Assembly (NCBI GenBank): GCA_963778975.1
Contig: CAVZWM010000023.1
Location: forward strand, 127,356-191,355
Source: an uncultured Actinomycetota bacterium
GTDB lineage: Bacteria; Actinomycetota; Actinomycetes; Propionibacteriales; Nocardioidaceae
DNA length: 64,000 nt
Direction: 5' to 3'
In this document: positions 43,854-55,421 of the stretch, piece by piece
How the letters are laid out: each line of letters starts with the position of its first letter
How positions within the stretch are numbered: the first letter of the stretch is position 1
The notes under the pieces: model-generated
Seen by the model: only the letters and a program-made list of their open reading frames with translations
Told to the model about the DNA's origin: nothing
The model's database searches: none
Position numbers and translations under genes: made by a program

Positions 43854-45023
43854 GTGGATCTGATGGAGTTTCAGGCGAAGGAGCTCTTCGCCAAGCATGG
43901 AGTCGTGACCACCCTCGGGGTGGTCGTCGAGACCCCCGAGGCCGCGCGAGCAGCCGCCGAGGAGATGGGCGGCGTGACCGTCGTCAAGGCCCAGGTCAAG
44001 GCAGGTGGGCGAGGCAAGGCGGGCGGCGTGAAGATCGCCAAGACCGCCGCCGAGGCCGAGTCCTACGCCGACGACATCCTCGGCATGGAGATCAAGGGCC
44101 TCACCGTCAACCGGGTGCTCGTCACCCCCGCGACGCCGCCGGTCGAGGAGTACTACTTCTCGTTCCTGCTGGACCGCTCCAACCGCTCCCACCTGTGCAT
44201 CGCATCGGTCGAGGGCGGCGTGGAGATCGAGGAGGTCGCCAAGACCAACCCCGACGCCGTACGCCAGATCCCGATCAACGCCCTGGAGGGCGTGACGCCG
44301 GAGAAGGCCGCCGCGATCGTCGACGAGGCGAAGTTCCCCGCCGAGCTGCGCGACCAGGCGATCGAGATGGTCCAGGCCCTCTGGAAGGTCTACGTCGAGG
44401 AGGACGCCACCCTGGTGGAGGTCAACCCGCTGGCCCGCCTCGAGGGCGACAAGCTCGAGGCGCTCGACGGCAAGATCTCGCTGGACGAGAACGCCTCCGA
44501 GGTGCGTCACCCCGACCACGAGCAGTTCGAGATCCGTGACGAGGCCGACCCGCTCGAGGCGAAGGCCAAGGACAAGGGCCTCAACTACGTGAAGCTCGAC
44601 GGCCAGGTCGGCATCATCGGCAACGGCGCGGGCCTCGTGATGAGCACCCTCGACGTCGTCGCCTACGCCGGTGAGGCCCACGGCGGCGTCAAGCCCGCCA
44701 ACTTCCTCGACATCGGTGGCGGCGCCAACGCCCAGGTGATGGCCGACGGCCTCGACGTGATCCTCAACGACGCCCAGGTCAAGAGCGTCTTCGTCAACGT
44801 CTTCGGCGGCATCACCGCGTGCGACGAGGTCGCCAAGGGCATCGTCGGCGCGCTGGAGATCCTCGGTGACAAGGAGAGCAAGCCGCTCGTCGTCCGCCTC
44901 GACGGCAACAACGTCGAGGAGGGTCGACGGATCCTCACCGAGGCGAACCACCCGCTGGTGACCCTCGTCGACACCATGGACGGCGCGGCCGACAAGGCCG
45001 CCGAGCTCGCCCACCAGGCCTGA
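43854..45023 (+). CDS. sucC: Succinyl-CoA synthetase beta subunit
   Basis: [34 protein letters not shown] and [11 protein letters not shown] motifs. Confidence 0.97.
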   Translation: MDLMEFQAKELFAKHGVVTTLGVVVETPEAARAAAEEMGGVTVVKAQVKAGGRGKAGGVKIAKTAAEAESYADDILGMEIKGLTVNRVLVTPATPPVEEYYFSFLLDRSNRSHLCIASVEGGVEIEEVAKTNPDAVRQIPINALEGVTPEKAAAIVDEAKFPAELRDQAIEMVQALWKVYVEEDATLVEVNPLARLEGDKLEALDGKISLDENASEVRHPDHEQFEIRDEADPLEAKAKDKGLNYVKLDGQVGIIGNGAGLVMSTLDVVAYAGEAHGGVKPANFLDIGGGANAQVMADGLDVILNDAQVKSVFVNVFGGITACDEVAKGIVGALEILGDKESKPLVVRLDGNNVEEGRRILTEANHPLVTLVDTMDGAADKAAELAHQA

Positions 45024-45041
45024 GAGAGAGAAACAGAAGAG

Positions 45042-45924
<883 letters not shown>

Positions 45925-45970
45925 TCCACCCAGCCGCCCTGCCCCCGCGCGGGTAACTGGTCGATCCGTG

Positions 45971-46008
45971 CACTCCCGCCCCCACCAGTGGGGGCGGGAG
46001 TGTTCTTT
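45971..46008 (+). terminator. Intrinsic terminator after sucD (possibly bidirectional)
   Basis: cactcccgccccca-ccag-tgggggcgggagtg followed by ttcttt. Confidence 0.85.
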
Positions 46009-46033
46009 CGGGCCCGTTACCCGGAGGTGGCGA

Positions 46034-46697
46034 TCAGGGAGCGGTGAAGATCTCCATCGCCGCCACGGCGTCCGAGAGCGCGTCCTGGGTCTCCGCCACA
46101 CCGTCCTCGAGCTCGGCGTCGGGCCACTCGCCGTACGTCGAGGAGACGAGCAGCGCGCTGCCGATCGGGATGAGCTGGATGACGGTCGTGCCGGCGCCGG
46201 GAGTGCCGTCGAAGTCGTAGGTCTGCAGCAGCGTGGCCGCCGGACTCGCACCGTACGGCGACCCGCGCACCTCGGTCGACGTCGTCATGTCGCCCACGGG
46301 CTCGTCGCAGTCGCGCGCCGCGTCGGCGAAGGCCCGGGCCACGACCTGTGGCTCCTCCGGGCTGCCCGAGCAGCACCAGCTCGCGGGTGTCGGCCGACTC
46401 CCCACCGCTGTTGTCGGCCACCATCCGGTCGCGGATGCCCAGCCCGCGCAGCGGTGAGGTGCCGCAGAAGGCGAGGTCGCGCAGGCCGGTGCCCGTGCGG
46501 GAGGTGGGCAGATCGTCCTCCGGGCCGCCCATCCCACTGGTCAGCGGGAAGTCGTCGGGGATCGCCGTGGCGGGCGCGGGCTCGGGCGTGGGCTCCGACG
46601 AGACGGAGCTGGTGGCCTCGTCGCCGCACCCGGCGAGCACCGCGACCGCCAGAGCCAGGGCGACGGAGATGGGCGTACGCGGATCCCTCATGCCCAT
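46034..46697 (-). CDS. Lipoprotein with Cys-paired extracellular (PknH-sensor-like) domain (frameshift near 46365)
   Basis: Lipobox VLAGC; Pro/Thr linker; AFC...ARDC pair. Confidence 0.7.
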
Positions 46698-46728
46698 GGG
46701 ATGCCTGCGGACGTGGATCAGTTGCGCG

Positions 46729-48640
46729 TCAGCGCTGCGCGCCCGGGAGGTCGCTGAGGCGCTCGAGCGAGCGGTGGGCCAGCGCCACGAAGTCCGCGCG
46801 CGTCATCGTCATGTCCTTGTCGGGGGTGAATCCCACCTGCGAGACGGCGGTGCCGTCGCGGACGATGGCCATGAGGAACGGGAAGGACTGCTGGTCGTTG
46901 AGCTCGATCGACAGCGCCCAGGCCTGCAGGTCCTGCGACTTCGAGGACGTCTCCGCCAGCGGCGTCACCGTGGTGCCGAGGTTGGCCGCGCCGCACTCGC
47001 GGACGCGGGTGCGGACGACGTCGACGAACTTCTTCGCGGCCGGCACCTTCATCAGGCCCGCGGTCTGGGTGAGTCCGAGCTGGTCGGCCTTGGGTGTCGC
47101 GGGGAACAGGAACGTCCGGGTGAGCGCGCGACGGATGCCCTTGCCCTGGAAGGTCGTGCGGTCGCAGCGCGTCGCGGCGAAGTTGGTGCGCGCCGGCTCG
47201 GGCTCGGTGCCGACCCAGGGCCCGCGGGCGATCGCGACGGGCGGCAGGTCGACCACCGCCAGCAGGCCCGGGGGAGTGCCGACGGCGAGCGGGTCGATGT
47301 CGCGGCCGCGCGGGCGACCGGCGCACTCACCCGCCCCGGGAGTGCCGCACAGCCGGTTGACGGCCGCGGCGAGCGCGGTCGCCACCGACGCGTCGGTGAC
47401 CGGCCGGCTCGCGCTGCGGACGAGCGTGGTGACCACGAGGCTCCCCGAGCGCGCCACGCCCACCGACATGGTCGTCGGGACCTTGCCCCAGGTGCGGAGC
47501 CGGAACTGGGTGGCGGAGTCGCCGACACCCTTCAGGCTGCGCGTGGACATGAGCTGGGTGCGCGGGTCGGTGCACCCGGCGTACCACAGGGTCGCGGTCT
47601 CGAAGCTCTGCGCGCCCTGACGGGGGTTGCGTGACATCTCCACGACCTCGATCGCGATGGCCTGCACGTCCGTGACGCGCCGCTTGCGCACCCGGTCCTG
47701 GCCGCCGCGCTCGGACCGTCGTGCGCTTCACCGTCGTCTCCGAGCCCTCCCACGAGCGGGTCATGGCGGCGAGGCCCGCGGGGTCGGAGAACCGCTCGCG
47801 CTGGCACGGCGCGGCCAGGCCGTTGCCGGTGAGGTTGTCGGTGGTCTCGGTCTCGGCCCAGTCGAGCCCGGGGCCGAGACGGGTCAGCTGGTCCTGCGAC
47901 AGCATCGACACCTCGTCGATCACCGGCTCGCCGGTGGTGGCGGCGACGCCCTCCGAGGGGGCGTGGACGGTGACGGCCGGGGTGGCCTTCTCGCCGACCA
48001 GGCTGGTGGCCTCGGCGCCGGAACCGGACGCGACCAGCGAGCCGGAGACGAGCAGCGCTGCCGAGGCGAGCACGGCTCCCGCCACCGTGTGCGTACGACG
48101 TCGGGCGGCGCCGGTGCGTCGGATGACCGTGGCCCGGGGCCAGCGGATGTCCTCGAGGGGCTGGGCCAGGTCCTCGAGCAGGCCGCGGATCGCGGTCGTG
48201 GGCACGTCGCGGTGCAGGGCGAACTGCGACGAGGCCGTCTGCAGCTCGCGCTCGGCGTCGCCGCGGGCGAGCCCGACCGTGCGGCCGATGTCGGTCATCG
48301 AGAGGGTCGACAGGTGCGTCACGACGAGGAGCTGGCGCTGGGTCGAGGTGAGCTTGGAGAGCGCCTCGAGCGTCGCGGCGACCTCCGGGTCCAGGCCCTT
48401 GTCGCGGTGCCAGATGCGGGCCGTGTGGCGGCGCCGGGCGCGTCCGTGGGCGATGCCGCGGACGTAGGCGTCGGGGTCGTCGAGGACGGAGACCTTGCGC
48501 CAGTGGTGCCACGCGACGACGTAGGCGTCCCTGAGCGCGGAGCGGGCTGCGGGGGCGTCACCTGTGAGGGCGTACGCCTCGTGGAGGAATCGCGCGCGGG
48601 TGCCGACGTAGTAGGCGTCGAACGATTCGGGGTTCCTCAT
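46729..48640 (-). CDS. Degenerate ECF sigma-like domain fused to a TM and two extracellular sensor-like domains (frameshift near 47705)
   Basis: Sigma2-like AYALTGD...AWHHWRKV...DPDAYVR; sigma4-like LSKLTSTQR...LSMTDIGRTVG; RRR-TM; two repeats, each with a Cys pair. Confidence 0.72.
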
Positions 48641-48751
48641 GACCGCACCACGGTACGGGACGGGTCCACGTCGCGCACAAACTCCCGCTGCGTCGAACCG
48701 GCGGCGTGGGAGCGTGATCCGCCTCTGCCAGCGGGTCATGATGGAGCGGCC

Positions 48752-49972
48752 ATGACGTCGTTGCTCACCCGCCCGGACCGCTCCGGGACCGACACTGCGC
48801 ACCCGCGTCCCCTGGTGCTCATCGCCACGCTGGGCGGCGTGCTCGCAGCAGCCGGCCCGCTCCTCGTGCTCATGGCAGTCGGGGTGATCGGCTGGTTCGT
48901 CTCCGACGCCGGCGTGCACGGCGCCCCGCGCGACGGGATGCGGATGGGGGCGCTGGCCTGGCTCGCCGGCCACGGCTCGGGGTTCACGGTGATGGGCGTC
49001 CGGGTGCTGATCGTCCCGCTGGGCGTGACCGCGATCTCGGCCTGGTCGATGTGGCGGCTGGGGCACCGGGTCGGCGACGCGGTCTCGGGCCACGGCCCGG
49101 ACGCCGACCGCATCTCCGACGGCGAGCGCGACGTCACGGTGCCGACGGCGATCGCGCTCTTCTTCGCCGGCTATGCCGTCGTCGCCGTGGTGGTCGCCAC
49201 GCTGGCTGCCGGCTCCTCCGCCGACCCGTCGCTTCCGCACGTGCTGCTCTGGACCTTCGTCATGACCGCCTGTGTCGCCGCGCCGGCCATCGCCGTCGGA
49301 TCAGGCCGGGCCGCGATCTGGGCGACCTTCCTCCCGGTCACGCTGCGGGCCGCGGCTGCAGTCGCGGGGGCGGTGCTGTCGGCGTTCCTCGTCGTGTCGG
49401 CGGTGGTCTTCCTGATCGCCCTGGCCACGTCGCTGGACGACGCGGCGACGATGACCTCGACCCTGCACCCGAGCCCGTCCGAGGCGGGTCTCTACGCCCT
49501 CGTCAACGCCGGCTTCCTCCCCAACGCGTCCCTCTTCTCCGGGTCGTGGCTGCTGGGCCCGGGCTTCGCCGTGGGCGGCGGCACCGTCGTCTCGCCCAGC
49601 GCCGTGGTGCTCGGTCCGCTGCCGGTCGTCCCCCTGCTGGCCGCCCTGCCCGGCGTCGGCACGCCCGCCGCCTGGGCCGGCGCCCTGATGGCGCTGCCGC
49701 CCCTCGTGGCCGCCGTCTTCACCTTCCGTGCCCTGCGCCACCGGCCGCTGACCTGGGACCGGGCCGCCCTGGCCGGGTGCGGCGGCGGCATCGTCGCCGG
49801 GATCGGCTTCGCCCTCCTCGCCTCCGTGGCGGGTGGCGCGGCGGGGCCGGGCCGGATGCGACACATCGGACCCTTCGTCCCCGAGGTGCTCGTGCACGCG
49901 ATCACCGCCTGCGGGATCGGGGCCCTGGTCGGCGCGCTCGCACTGGTGCTGCTCCAGCGTCGATCCACCTAG
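48752..49972 (+). CDS. DUF6350 / PerM-like multi-pass membrane protein
   Basis: WLAGHG, PLG, LPNA...GPGFAVG.GT and LP.VPLLAALP motifs; conserved position upstream of purN. Confidence 0.8.
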   Translation: MTSLLTRPDRSGTDTAHPRPLVLIATLGGVLAAAGPLLVLMAVGVIGWFVSDAGVHGAPRDGMRMGALAWLAGHGSGFTVMGVRVLIVPLGVTAISAWSMWRLGHRVGDAVSGHGPDADRISDGERDVTVPTAIALFFAGYAVVAVVVATLAAGSSADPSLPHVLLWTFVMTACVAAPAIAVGSGRAAIWATFLPVTLRAAAAVAGAVLSAFLVVSAVVFLIALATSLDDAATMTSTLHPSPSEAGLYALVNAGFLPNASLFSGSWLLGPGFAVGGGTVVSPSAVVLGPLPVVPLLAALPGVGTPAAWAGALMALPPLVAAVFTFRALRHRPLTWDRAALAGCGGGIVAGIGFALLASVAGGAAGPGRMRHIGPFVPEVLVHAITACGIGALVGALALVLLQRRST

Positions 49973-49981
49973 ACTCCCGGC

Positions 49982-50608
49982 GTGACCCCAGCCCGGCAGC
50001 CCGCCCGCATCGTCGCCCTCGTCTCGGGATCGGGCACCAACCTGCAGGCCCTGCTGGACGCCTGCTCCGAGACGTCGTACGGCGCTCGTGTGGTGGCCGT
50101 CGGTGCCGACCGCGAGGACATCGAGGGCCTGGCGCGGGCCGAGCGCGCGGGCATCCCGACCTTCGTGCGCCGGGTGGGTGACTTCGAGACGCGCGAGGGG
50201 TGGGACTCGGCGCTGGCGACGGTGGTCGAGCGCTTCGAGCCCGACCTCGTCGTGCTGGCCGGCTTCATGAAGCTCGTCTCCACCGACTTCCTCTCGCGCT
50301 TCGTCACCCTCAACACGCACCCGGCGCTGTGCCCGTCCTTCCCCGGGATGCACGGCCCACGCGATGCCCTCGACTACGGCGTGAAGGTGAGCGGCGCGAC
50401 GCTCTTCGTCGTCGACGGGGGAGTCGACACCGGGCCGATCGTCGCCCAGACGACGGTCCCCGTGGCCGACGACGACGACGTCGAGTCGTTGCACGAGCGC
50501 ATCAAGGCCGCCGAGCGCGCGATGCTCGTCGACGCCGTCGGGCGGATCGCGCGCGAGGGGATCAGCGTCGAGGGACGCCGGGTGCGCATCGGCGCGCAGT
50601 CTCGGTAG
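49982..50608 (+). CDS. purN: Phosphoribosylglycinamide formyltransferase
   Basis: [20 protein letters not shown] and VDTGPI motifs. Confidence 0.97.
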   Translation: MTPARQPARIVALVSGSGTNLQALLDACSETSYGARVVAVGADREDIEGLARAERAGIPTFVRRVGDFETREGWDSALATVVERFEPDLVVLAGFMKLVSTDFLSRFVTLNTHPALCPSFPGMHGPRDALDYGVKVSGATLFVVDGGVDTGPIVAQTTVPVADDDDVESLHERIKAAERAMLVDAVGRIAREGISVEGRRVRIGAQSR

Positions 50609-50614
50609 GCTGCA

Positions 50615-50686
50615 GCCACACGACTGGCGCAGGTGGGCAACCACCAGGGAGTGACGCACGAGAGCATCGAACGCCTGGGTGCTCTC
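50615..50686 (+). ncRNA. ZMP/ZTP (pfl) riboswitch
   Basis: CGACTGGCG, GGTGG-caa-CCACC, GGGAG, and P3 gagagca/tgctctc enclosing CGCCTGGG. Lies directly upstream of purH. Confidence 0.9.
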
Positions 50687-50712
50687 CTCCCCACGCATCC
50701 GAGGAGTCCCCC

Positions 50713-52290
50713 GTGTCCGACCCAGCCGACCTCCGCATCCCGATCCGGCGAGCACTGGTCTCGGTCTACGACAAGGCCGGTCTCGACGACCTCGTCCGCG
50801 GCCTGCACGACGCCGGAGTCGAGCTGGTCTCGACCGGTGGCTCGGCCGCGCTCATCGAGTCGCTCGGCCTGCCCGTGACGAAGGTCGAGGACCTCACCGG
50901 CTTCCCCGAGTGCCTCGACGGCCGTGTCAAGACCCTGCACCCGCGCGTGCACGCCGGCATCCTGGCCGACCGTCGTCTCGAGTCGCACGTGGAGCAGCTG
51001 CGCGAGCTCGAGGTCGAGCCGTTCGACCTCGTCGTGTCCAACCTCTATCCCTTCACCGCGACCGTCGTCTCGGGCGCCGGGCCGGACGAGTGCGTGGAGC
51101 AGATCGACATCGGCGGGCCCACGATGGTCCGCGCCGCCGCCAAGAACCACCCGAGCGTCGCGATCGTCACGTCGCCCGCGTCGTACGACGACGTGCTGGC
51201 CGCGGTCGCCGCCGGCGGCTTCACGCTGGCCCAGCGCCGGCGCCTGGCCGCGGAGGCGTTCGTGCACACCGCGACGTACGACGTCCACGTGGCGTCGTGG
51301 ATGGGCAACGTGCTCACCGACACCAGCGACGGCTCCGGCTTCCCGGCGTGGATGGGCGCGACGTGGACCAAGGACGCGGTGCTGCGCTACGGCGAGAACC
51401 CGCACCAGGACGCCGCCCTCTACTCCAGCGGCTTCCTTCCCGGCGGTCCCGGGCTCGCGCAGGCGACCCAGCACCACGGCAAGGAGATGTCCTACAACAA
51501 CTACGTCGACGCCGACGCGGCCCGGCGGGCGGCGTACGACTTCGACGAGCCGGCCGTGGCGATCATCAAGCACGCCAACCCGTGCGGGATCGCGGTGGGC
51601 GAGGACGTGGCGGCTGCGCACCGCGCGGCCCACGAGTGCGACCCGGTCTCGGCCTTCGGCGGGGTCATCGCCACCAACGTGCCGGTCTCGGTCGAGATGG
51701 CCACGCAGGTGGCGGAGATCTTCACCGAGGTGATCGTGGCGCCGGGCTACGAGCCGGGTGCGGTCGAGGCCCTCCAGGCGAAGAAGAACATCCGCATCCT
51801 CGAGTGCCCGCCGCTCGCGCGTGGTGGCGGCGACATGCGCGCCATCTCCGGCGGGCTGCTGCTGCAGGGCCGCGACGTGATCGACGCCGACGGCGACGAT
51901 CCCTCGACCTGGACGCTCGCGACGGGCGAGGCCGCCTCGCCCGAGGTCCTCGCCGACCTCGCCTTCGCCTGGCGCGCGTGCCGCGCGGTGAAGTCCAACG
52001 CGATCCTGCTCGCCTCGGGTGGCGCCTCGGTCGGTGTGGGCATGGGCCAGGTCAACCGGGTCGACTCCTGCCGCCTCGCCGTGGAGCGGGCGGGGGAGCG
52101 GGCCACGGGCGCGGTCGCGGCGTCGGACGCCTTCTTCCCGTTCGCCGACGGGCCGCAGATCCTGCTCGACGCCGGCGTACGCGCGATCGTGCAGCCGGGC
52201 GGGTCGGTGCGCGACGCCGAGGTGATCGAAGCCTGCGAGAAGGCCGGGGTGACGATGTACCTCACCGGCACGCGGCACTTCTTCCACTGA
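50713..52290 (+). CDS. purH: Bifunctional AICAR transformylase/IMP cyclohydrolase
   Basis: [39 protein letters not shown] and ASDAFFPF motifs. Confidence 0.98.
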   Translation: MSDPADLRIPIRRALVSVYDKAGLDDLVRGLHDAGVELVSTGGSAALIESLGLPVTKVEDLTGFPECLDGRVKTLHPRVHAGILADRRLESHVEQLRELEVEPFDLVVSNLYPFTATVVSGAGPDECVEQIDIGGPTMVRAAAKNHPSVAIVTSPASYDDVLAAVAAGGFTLAQRRRLAAEAFVHTATYDVHVASWMGNVLTDTSDGSGFPAWMGATWTKDAVLRYGENPHQDAALYSSGFLPGGPGLAQATQHHGKEMSYNNYVDADAARRAAYDFDEPAVAIIKHANPCGIAVGEDVAAAHRAAHECDPVSAFGGVIATNVPVSVEMATQVAEIFTEVIVAPGYEPGAVEALQAKKNIRILECPPLARGGGDMRAISGGLLLQGRDVIDADGDDPSTWTLATGEAASPEVLADLAFAWRACRAVKSNAILLASGGASVGVGMGQVNRVDSCRLAVERAGERATGAVAASDAFFPFADGPQILLDAGVRAIVQPGGSVRDAEVIEACEKAGVTMYLTGTRHFFH

Positions 52291-52313
52291 TGTCCGCCCC
52301 TAGACTGACCGCC

Positions 52314-53162
52314 GTGACGGCACAGACCCTGGACGGCGCGGCCACGCTGCGGACCATCAAGGCGGAGCTGGCGCAGCGCGTCGCCGCTCTCGAGGCGCAG
52401 GGGGTCACGCCGGGCCTCGGCACCGTGCTGGTGGGCGACGACCCGGGATCCCAGTGGTACGTCGGTGCCAAGCACAAGGACTGCGCCGAGCTCGGCATCG
52501 CGTCCATCCGGCGCGACCTGCCGGCCACCGCCACCCAGGGCGAGGTCGAGGCGGTCATCGACGAGCTCAACGCCGACCCTGCCTGCACCGGCTTCCTCGT
52601 GCAGCAGCCGACCGGCCTCGACGAGTTCGCCCTGCTCTCACGCGTCGACCCCGACAAGGACGTCGACGGCCTGCACCCCACCAACCTCGGCAAGCTGGTC
52701 CTCGGCGAGGCCGGACCGCTCCCGTGCACCCCGGTCGGCGCCATCGAGCTGCTGCGCCGCCACGGTGTGCAGATCGCCGGCGCGGAGGTGGTCGTGGTGG
52801 GACGCGGCCTCACGGTCGGCCGCCCGCTCGGCCTGCTGCTGACCCGCCGCTCGGAGAACGCCACCGTCACGCTGTGCCACACCGGCACCGTGGACCTCGC
52901 CGCCCACGTACGTCACGCCGACATCGTCGTCGCGGCCGCCGGCGTGCCGGGCATCATCACCGCCGACATGGTCAAGCCCGGTGCGGCAGTCCTCGACGTC
53001 GGAGTGTCGCGGGTCGACGGCAAGATCACCGGCGACGTGCACCCGGACGTGTGGGACGTCGCGGGCTGGGTCTCGCCGAACCCCAAGGGCGTCGGGCCGA
53101 TGACGCGCGCGATGCTGCTGACCAACATCGTGGAGATCGCCGAGAAGTCGGTCCGGGGCTGA
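52314..53162 (+). CDS. folD: Methylenetetrahydrofolate dehydrogenase/cyclohydrolase
   Basis: [24 protein letters not shown] and GVGPMT motifs. Confidence 0.96.
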   Translation: MTAQTLDGAATLRTIKAELAQRVAALEAQGVTPGLGTVLVGDDPGSQWYVGAKHKDCAELGIASIRRDLPATATQGEVEAVIDELNADPACTGFLVQQPTGLDEFALLSRVDPDKDVDGLHPTNLGKLVLGEAGPLPCTPVGAIELLRRHGVQIAGAEVVVVGRGLTVGRPLGLLLTRRSENATVTLCHTGTVDLAAHVRHADIVVAAAGVPGIITADMVKPGAAVLDVGVSRVDGKITGDVHPDVWDVAGWVSPNPKGVGPMTRAMLLTNIVEIAEKSVRG

Positions 53163-53164
53163 GC

Positions 53165-53581
53165 GTGACCGACTCCGACCCTGAACCCGACGAGGACCGC
53201 GCGGAGGCTCCTGACACGGAGATCGTCCCGCCGGAGAGCGTGCCGCCCGTGTCGGCCGAGGACCTCGTCGACGGCGGGCTGCCGACCGGCGAGGACGAGC
53301 CGCGTCGCTACCCCTCGACGATCGGCGGCGCGTTCTACCTGCTCGTGCTCGCGGTCGTCGGTGTCGCCCTGCTGCTCGTGGCCCTCGACGAGTGGCGCAC
53401 GGGGATCCGGCTGATGGGCGGGGCGTTGATCTTCGCGGCCCTGGTCCGGCTGGTGCTGCGGGCGCGCGACGCCGGCATGCTCGCCGTACGCCACAAGGTG
53501 CTCGACGCGGCGATCCTGATCGTGCTCGGCGGGCTGCTGATCTTCCTCGCGGGCTCGATCCCGGACCAGCCCGACTTCTGA
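53165..53581 (+). CDS. DUF3017 membrane protein
   Basis: Three TM segments; GMLAVR motif; typical position after folD. Confidence 0.8.
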   Translation: MTDSDPEPDEDRAEAPDTEIVPPESVPPVSAEDLVDGGLPTGEDEPRRYPSTIGGAFYLLVLAVVGVALLLVALDEWRTGIRLMGGALIFAALVRLVLRARDAGMLAVRHKVLDAAILIVLGGLLIFLAGSIPDQPDF

Positions 53582-53594
53582 CGTGACAACGCCA

Positions 53595-53648
53595 GAGCGG
53601 TGAGCCAGGCCGGTTCCCGCGACGGAGAACCGGCCTCACTCACCGCTC
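53595..53648. terminator. Bidirectional hairpin between the convergent DUF3017 and mdh genes
   Basis: gagcggtgag..aggccggttc / gaaccggcct..ctcaccgctc. Confidence 0.75.
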
Positions 53649-53656
53649 GGCGAGGC

Positions 53657-54634
53657 TCAGATGAGGCCGAGCTCCTTGACCTGGTCGCGCTCGGACTCGA
53701 GGCGCGCCACGGAGGCGGCGATGCGCTCCTTGGAGAAGTCGTTGAGGTCGATGCCCTGGACGATGGAGTACGACCCGTCGGCGACCGTGCACGGGAACGA
53801 GGACACGATGCCCTCGGTGACGCCGTAGGAGCCGTCGGACGGCACCGACATCGAGACCCACTCCGACGTGCCGTTGAGCCAGTCGTGCATGTGGTCGATG
53901 GTGGCGTTGGCGGCGGAGGCGGCCGAGGAGGCGCCCCGCGCCTTGATGATCGCGCCACCGCGGGTCGCGACGGTCGGGATGTAGTCGTCGGTGATCCACG
54001 CCTCGTCGACCTGCTCGGCGGCCGAGCGGCCACCGACCATGGTGTTGAAGAGGTCGGGATACATCGAGTCGTCGTGGTTGCCCCAGATCGCGAGGTTCTC
54101 GATCTCGGTGACGGACACGCCGAGCTTCTTGGCCAGCTGCGTCTTGGCGCGGTTGTGGTCGAGGCGGGTCAGCGCGTTGAAGCGCTCGCGCGGGATGTCG
54201 GGGGCGTTGCTCATCGCGATGAGCGCGTTGGTGTTGGCCGGGTTGCCGGTCACCAGGATCTTGACGTCGTCGGCGGCGTTGTCGTTGAGGGCCTTGCCCT
54301 GGCCGGTGAAGATCTTGCCGTTGGCGGCGAGCAGGTCGGCACGGTCCATGCCCTCCTTGCGGGGCATGGCACCCACGAGCATGGCGGCGTTGGCGCCGTT
54401 GAAGATCGCGGCCGGGTCGGCGCCGATCTCGACACCCGCGAGGAGCGGGAACGCGCAGTCGTCGAGCTCCATGACGACGCCCTCGAGGGCGGGCAGGGCC
54501 GGCTCGATCTCGAGCAGGCGGAGCTCGACCGGACGGTCGCCCAACGCGCCCGCGGCGAGGCGGAAGAGCAGGCTGTAGCCGATCTGGCCGGCGGCGCCGG
54601 TGACGGCGACCTTGAGGGGGGCAGTGGAGGTCAC
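53657..54634 (-). CDS. mdh: Malate dehydrogenase
   Basis: [39 protein letters not shown] and [10 protein letters not shown] motifs. Confidence 0.97.
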   Translation of the reverse strand: MTSTAPLKVAVTGAAGQIGYSLLFRLAAGALGDRPVELRLLEIEPALPALEGVVMELDDCAFPLLAGVEIGADPAAIFNGANAAMLVGAMPRKEGMDRADLLAANGKIFTGQGKALNDNAADDVKILVTGNPANTNALIAMSNAPDIPRERFNALTRLDHNRAKTQLAKKLGVSVTEIENLAIWGNHDDSMYPDLFNTMVGGRSAAEQVDEAWITDDYIPTVATRGGAIIKARGASSAASAANATIDHMHDWLNGTSEWVSMSVPSDGSYGVTEGIVSSFPCTVADGSYSIVQGIDLNDFSKERIAASVARLESERDQVKELGLI

Positions 54635-54721
54635 GGAAGTACTCCTCGCGAGATGAGGTGGGCGGTCCCTCTGACGCTAGCAGCGCCATCCGTCGCCCAT
54701 CCGACTGGCATGCTGGCGCCC

Positions 54722-55411
54722 ATGCCCGGAGCCGTACGACGTCCCGCCGGCGCCGCCCGTGCGGTCGCGGCGAGCCTGGTGGTCCTGGTGGCCAGCGGCT
54801 GCGGCGGCATCGGCCAGCCCGCGCCGTACGACTCGCCGGGCATCGACGGACTGGTGATCCCCACGCCGACCCCCGACCCCGCCGACTTCGGGGCGTCGAT
54901 CGACAACCCGTGGCTGCCCCTGGCACCGGGGTCGACGTGGCGCTTCGACGTCACCGACGGCGGGGCCACGGTCGGATCGATCGAGTCGGAGGTCCTCGAG
55001 GACTCCGTCGACGTCGCCGGACTCGACGCGACGGCGGTGCGGACCACGACCAGCATCGACGACCAGGTCGAGACGTCCACCCGGTTCTACGCCCAGGACG
55101 ACGACGGCAACGTGTGGTGGCTGGGGGAGGAGGCGGGTGACGTCACGTGGCGTGCGGGCGAGGCCGGCGCCGAGGCCGGCCTGGCGATGCCGGCTGCTCC
55201 CCGGCTCGGTGACGGGTGGCTGTCCTACGTCGTCGCGGGTCTGCCCGAGGCCAGCGTCCGGGTGGAGGAGCAGGGCCCCGACATGGTGCAGACGCGCGAC
55301 GAGGCCGACACCTCGACGCGCAGGACGTACACGTCGGGGGTCGGCCTCGTCGGTGTCGAGGACCTCGACTCAGGCCGGCGGGTCGACCTCGTCGACCACC
55401 TGGCCGGCTGA
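54722..55411 (+). CDS. Lipoprotein of unknown function
   Basis: Lipobox ASGC; IDNPWLPLAPG...YAQDDDGNVWWLGE...WRAG. Confidence 0.75.
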   Translation: MPGAVRRPAGAARAVAASLVVLVASGCGGIGQPAPYDSPGIDGLVIPTPTPDPADFGASIDNPWLPLAPGSTWRFDVTDGGATVGSIESEVLEDSVDVAGLDATAVRTTTSIDDQVETSTRFYAQDDDGNVWWLGEEAGDVTWRAGEAGAEAGLAMPAAPRLGDGWLSYVVAGLPEASVRVEEQGPDMVQTRDEADTSTRRTYTSGVGLVGVEDLDSGRRVDLVDHLAG

Positions 55412-55421
55412 GCCGGACCGG

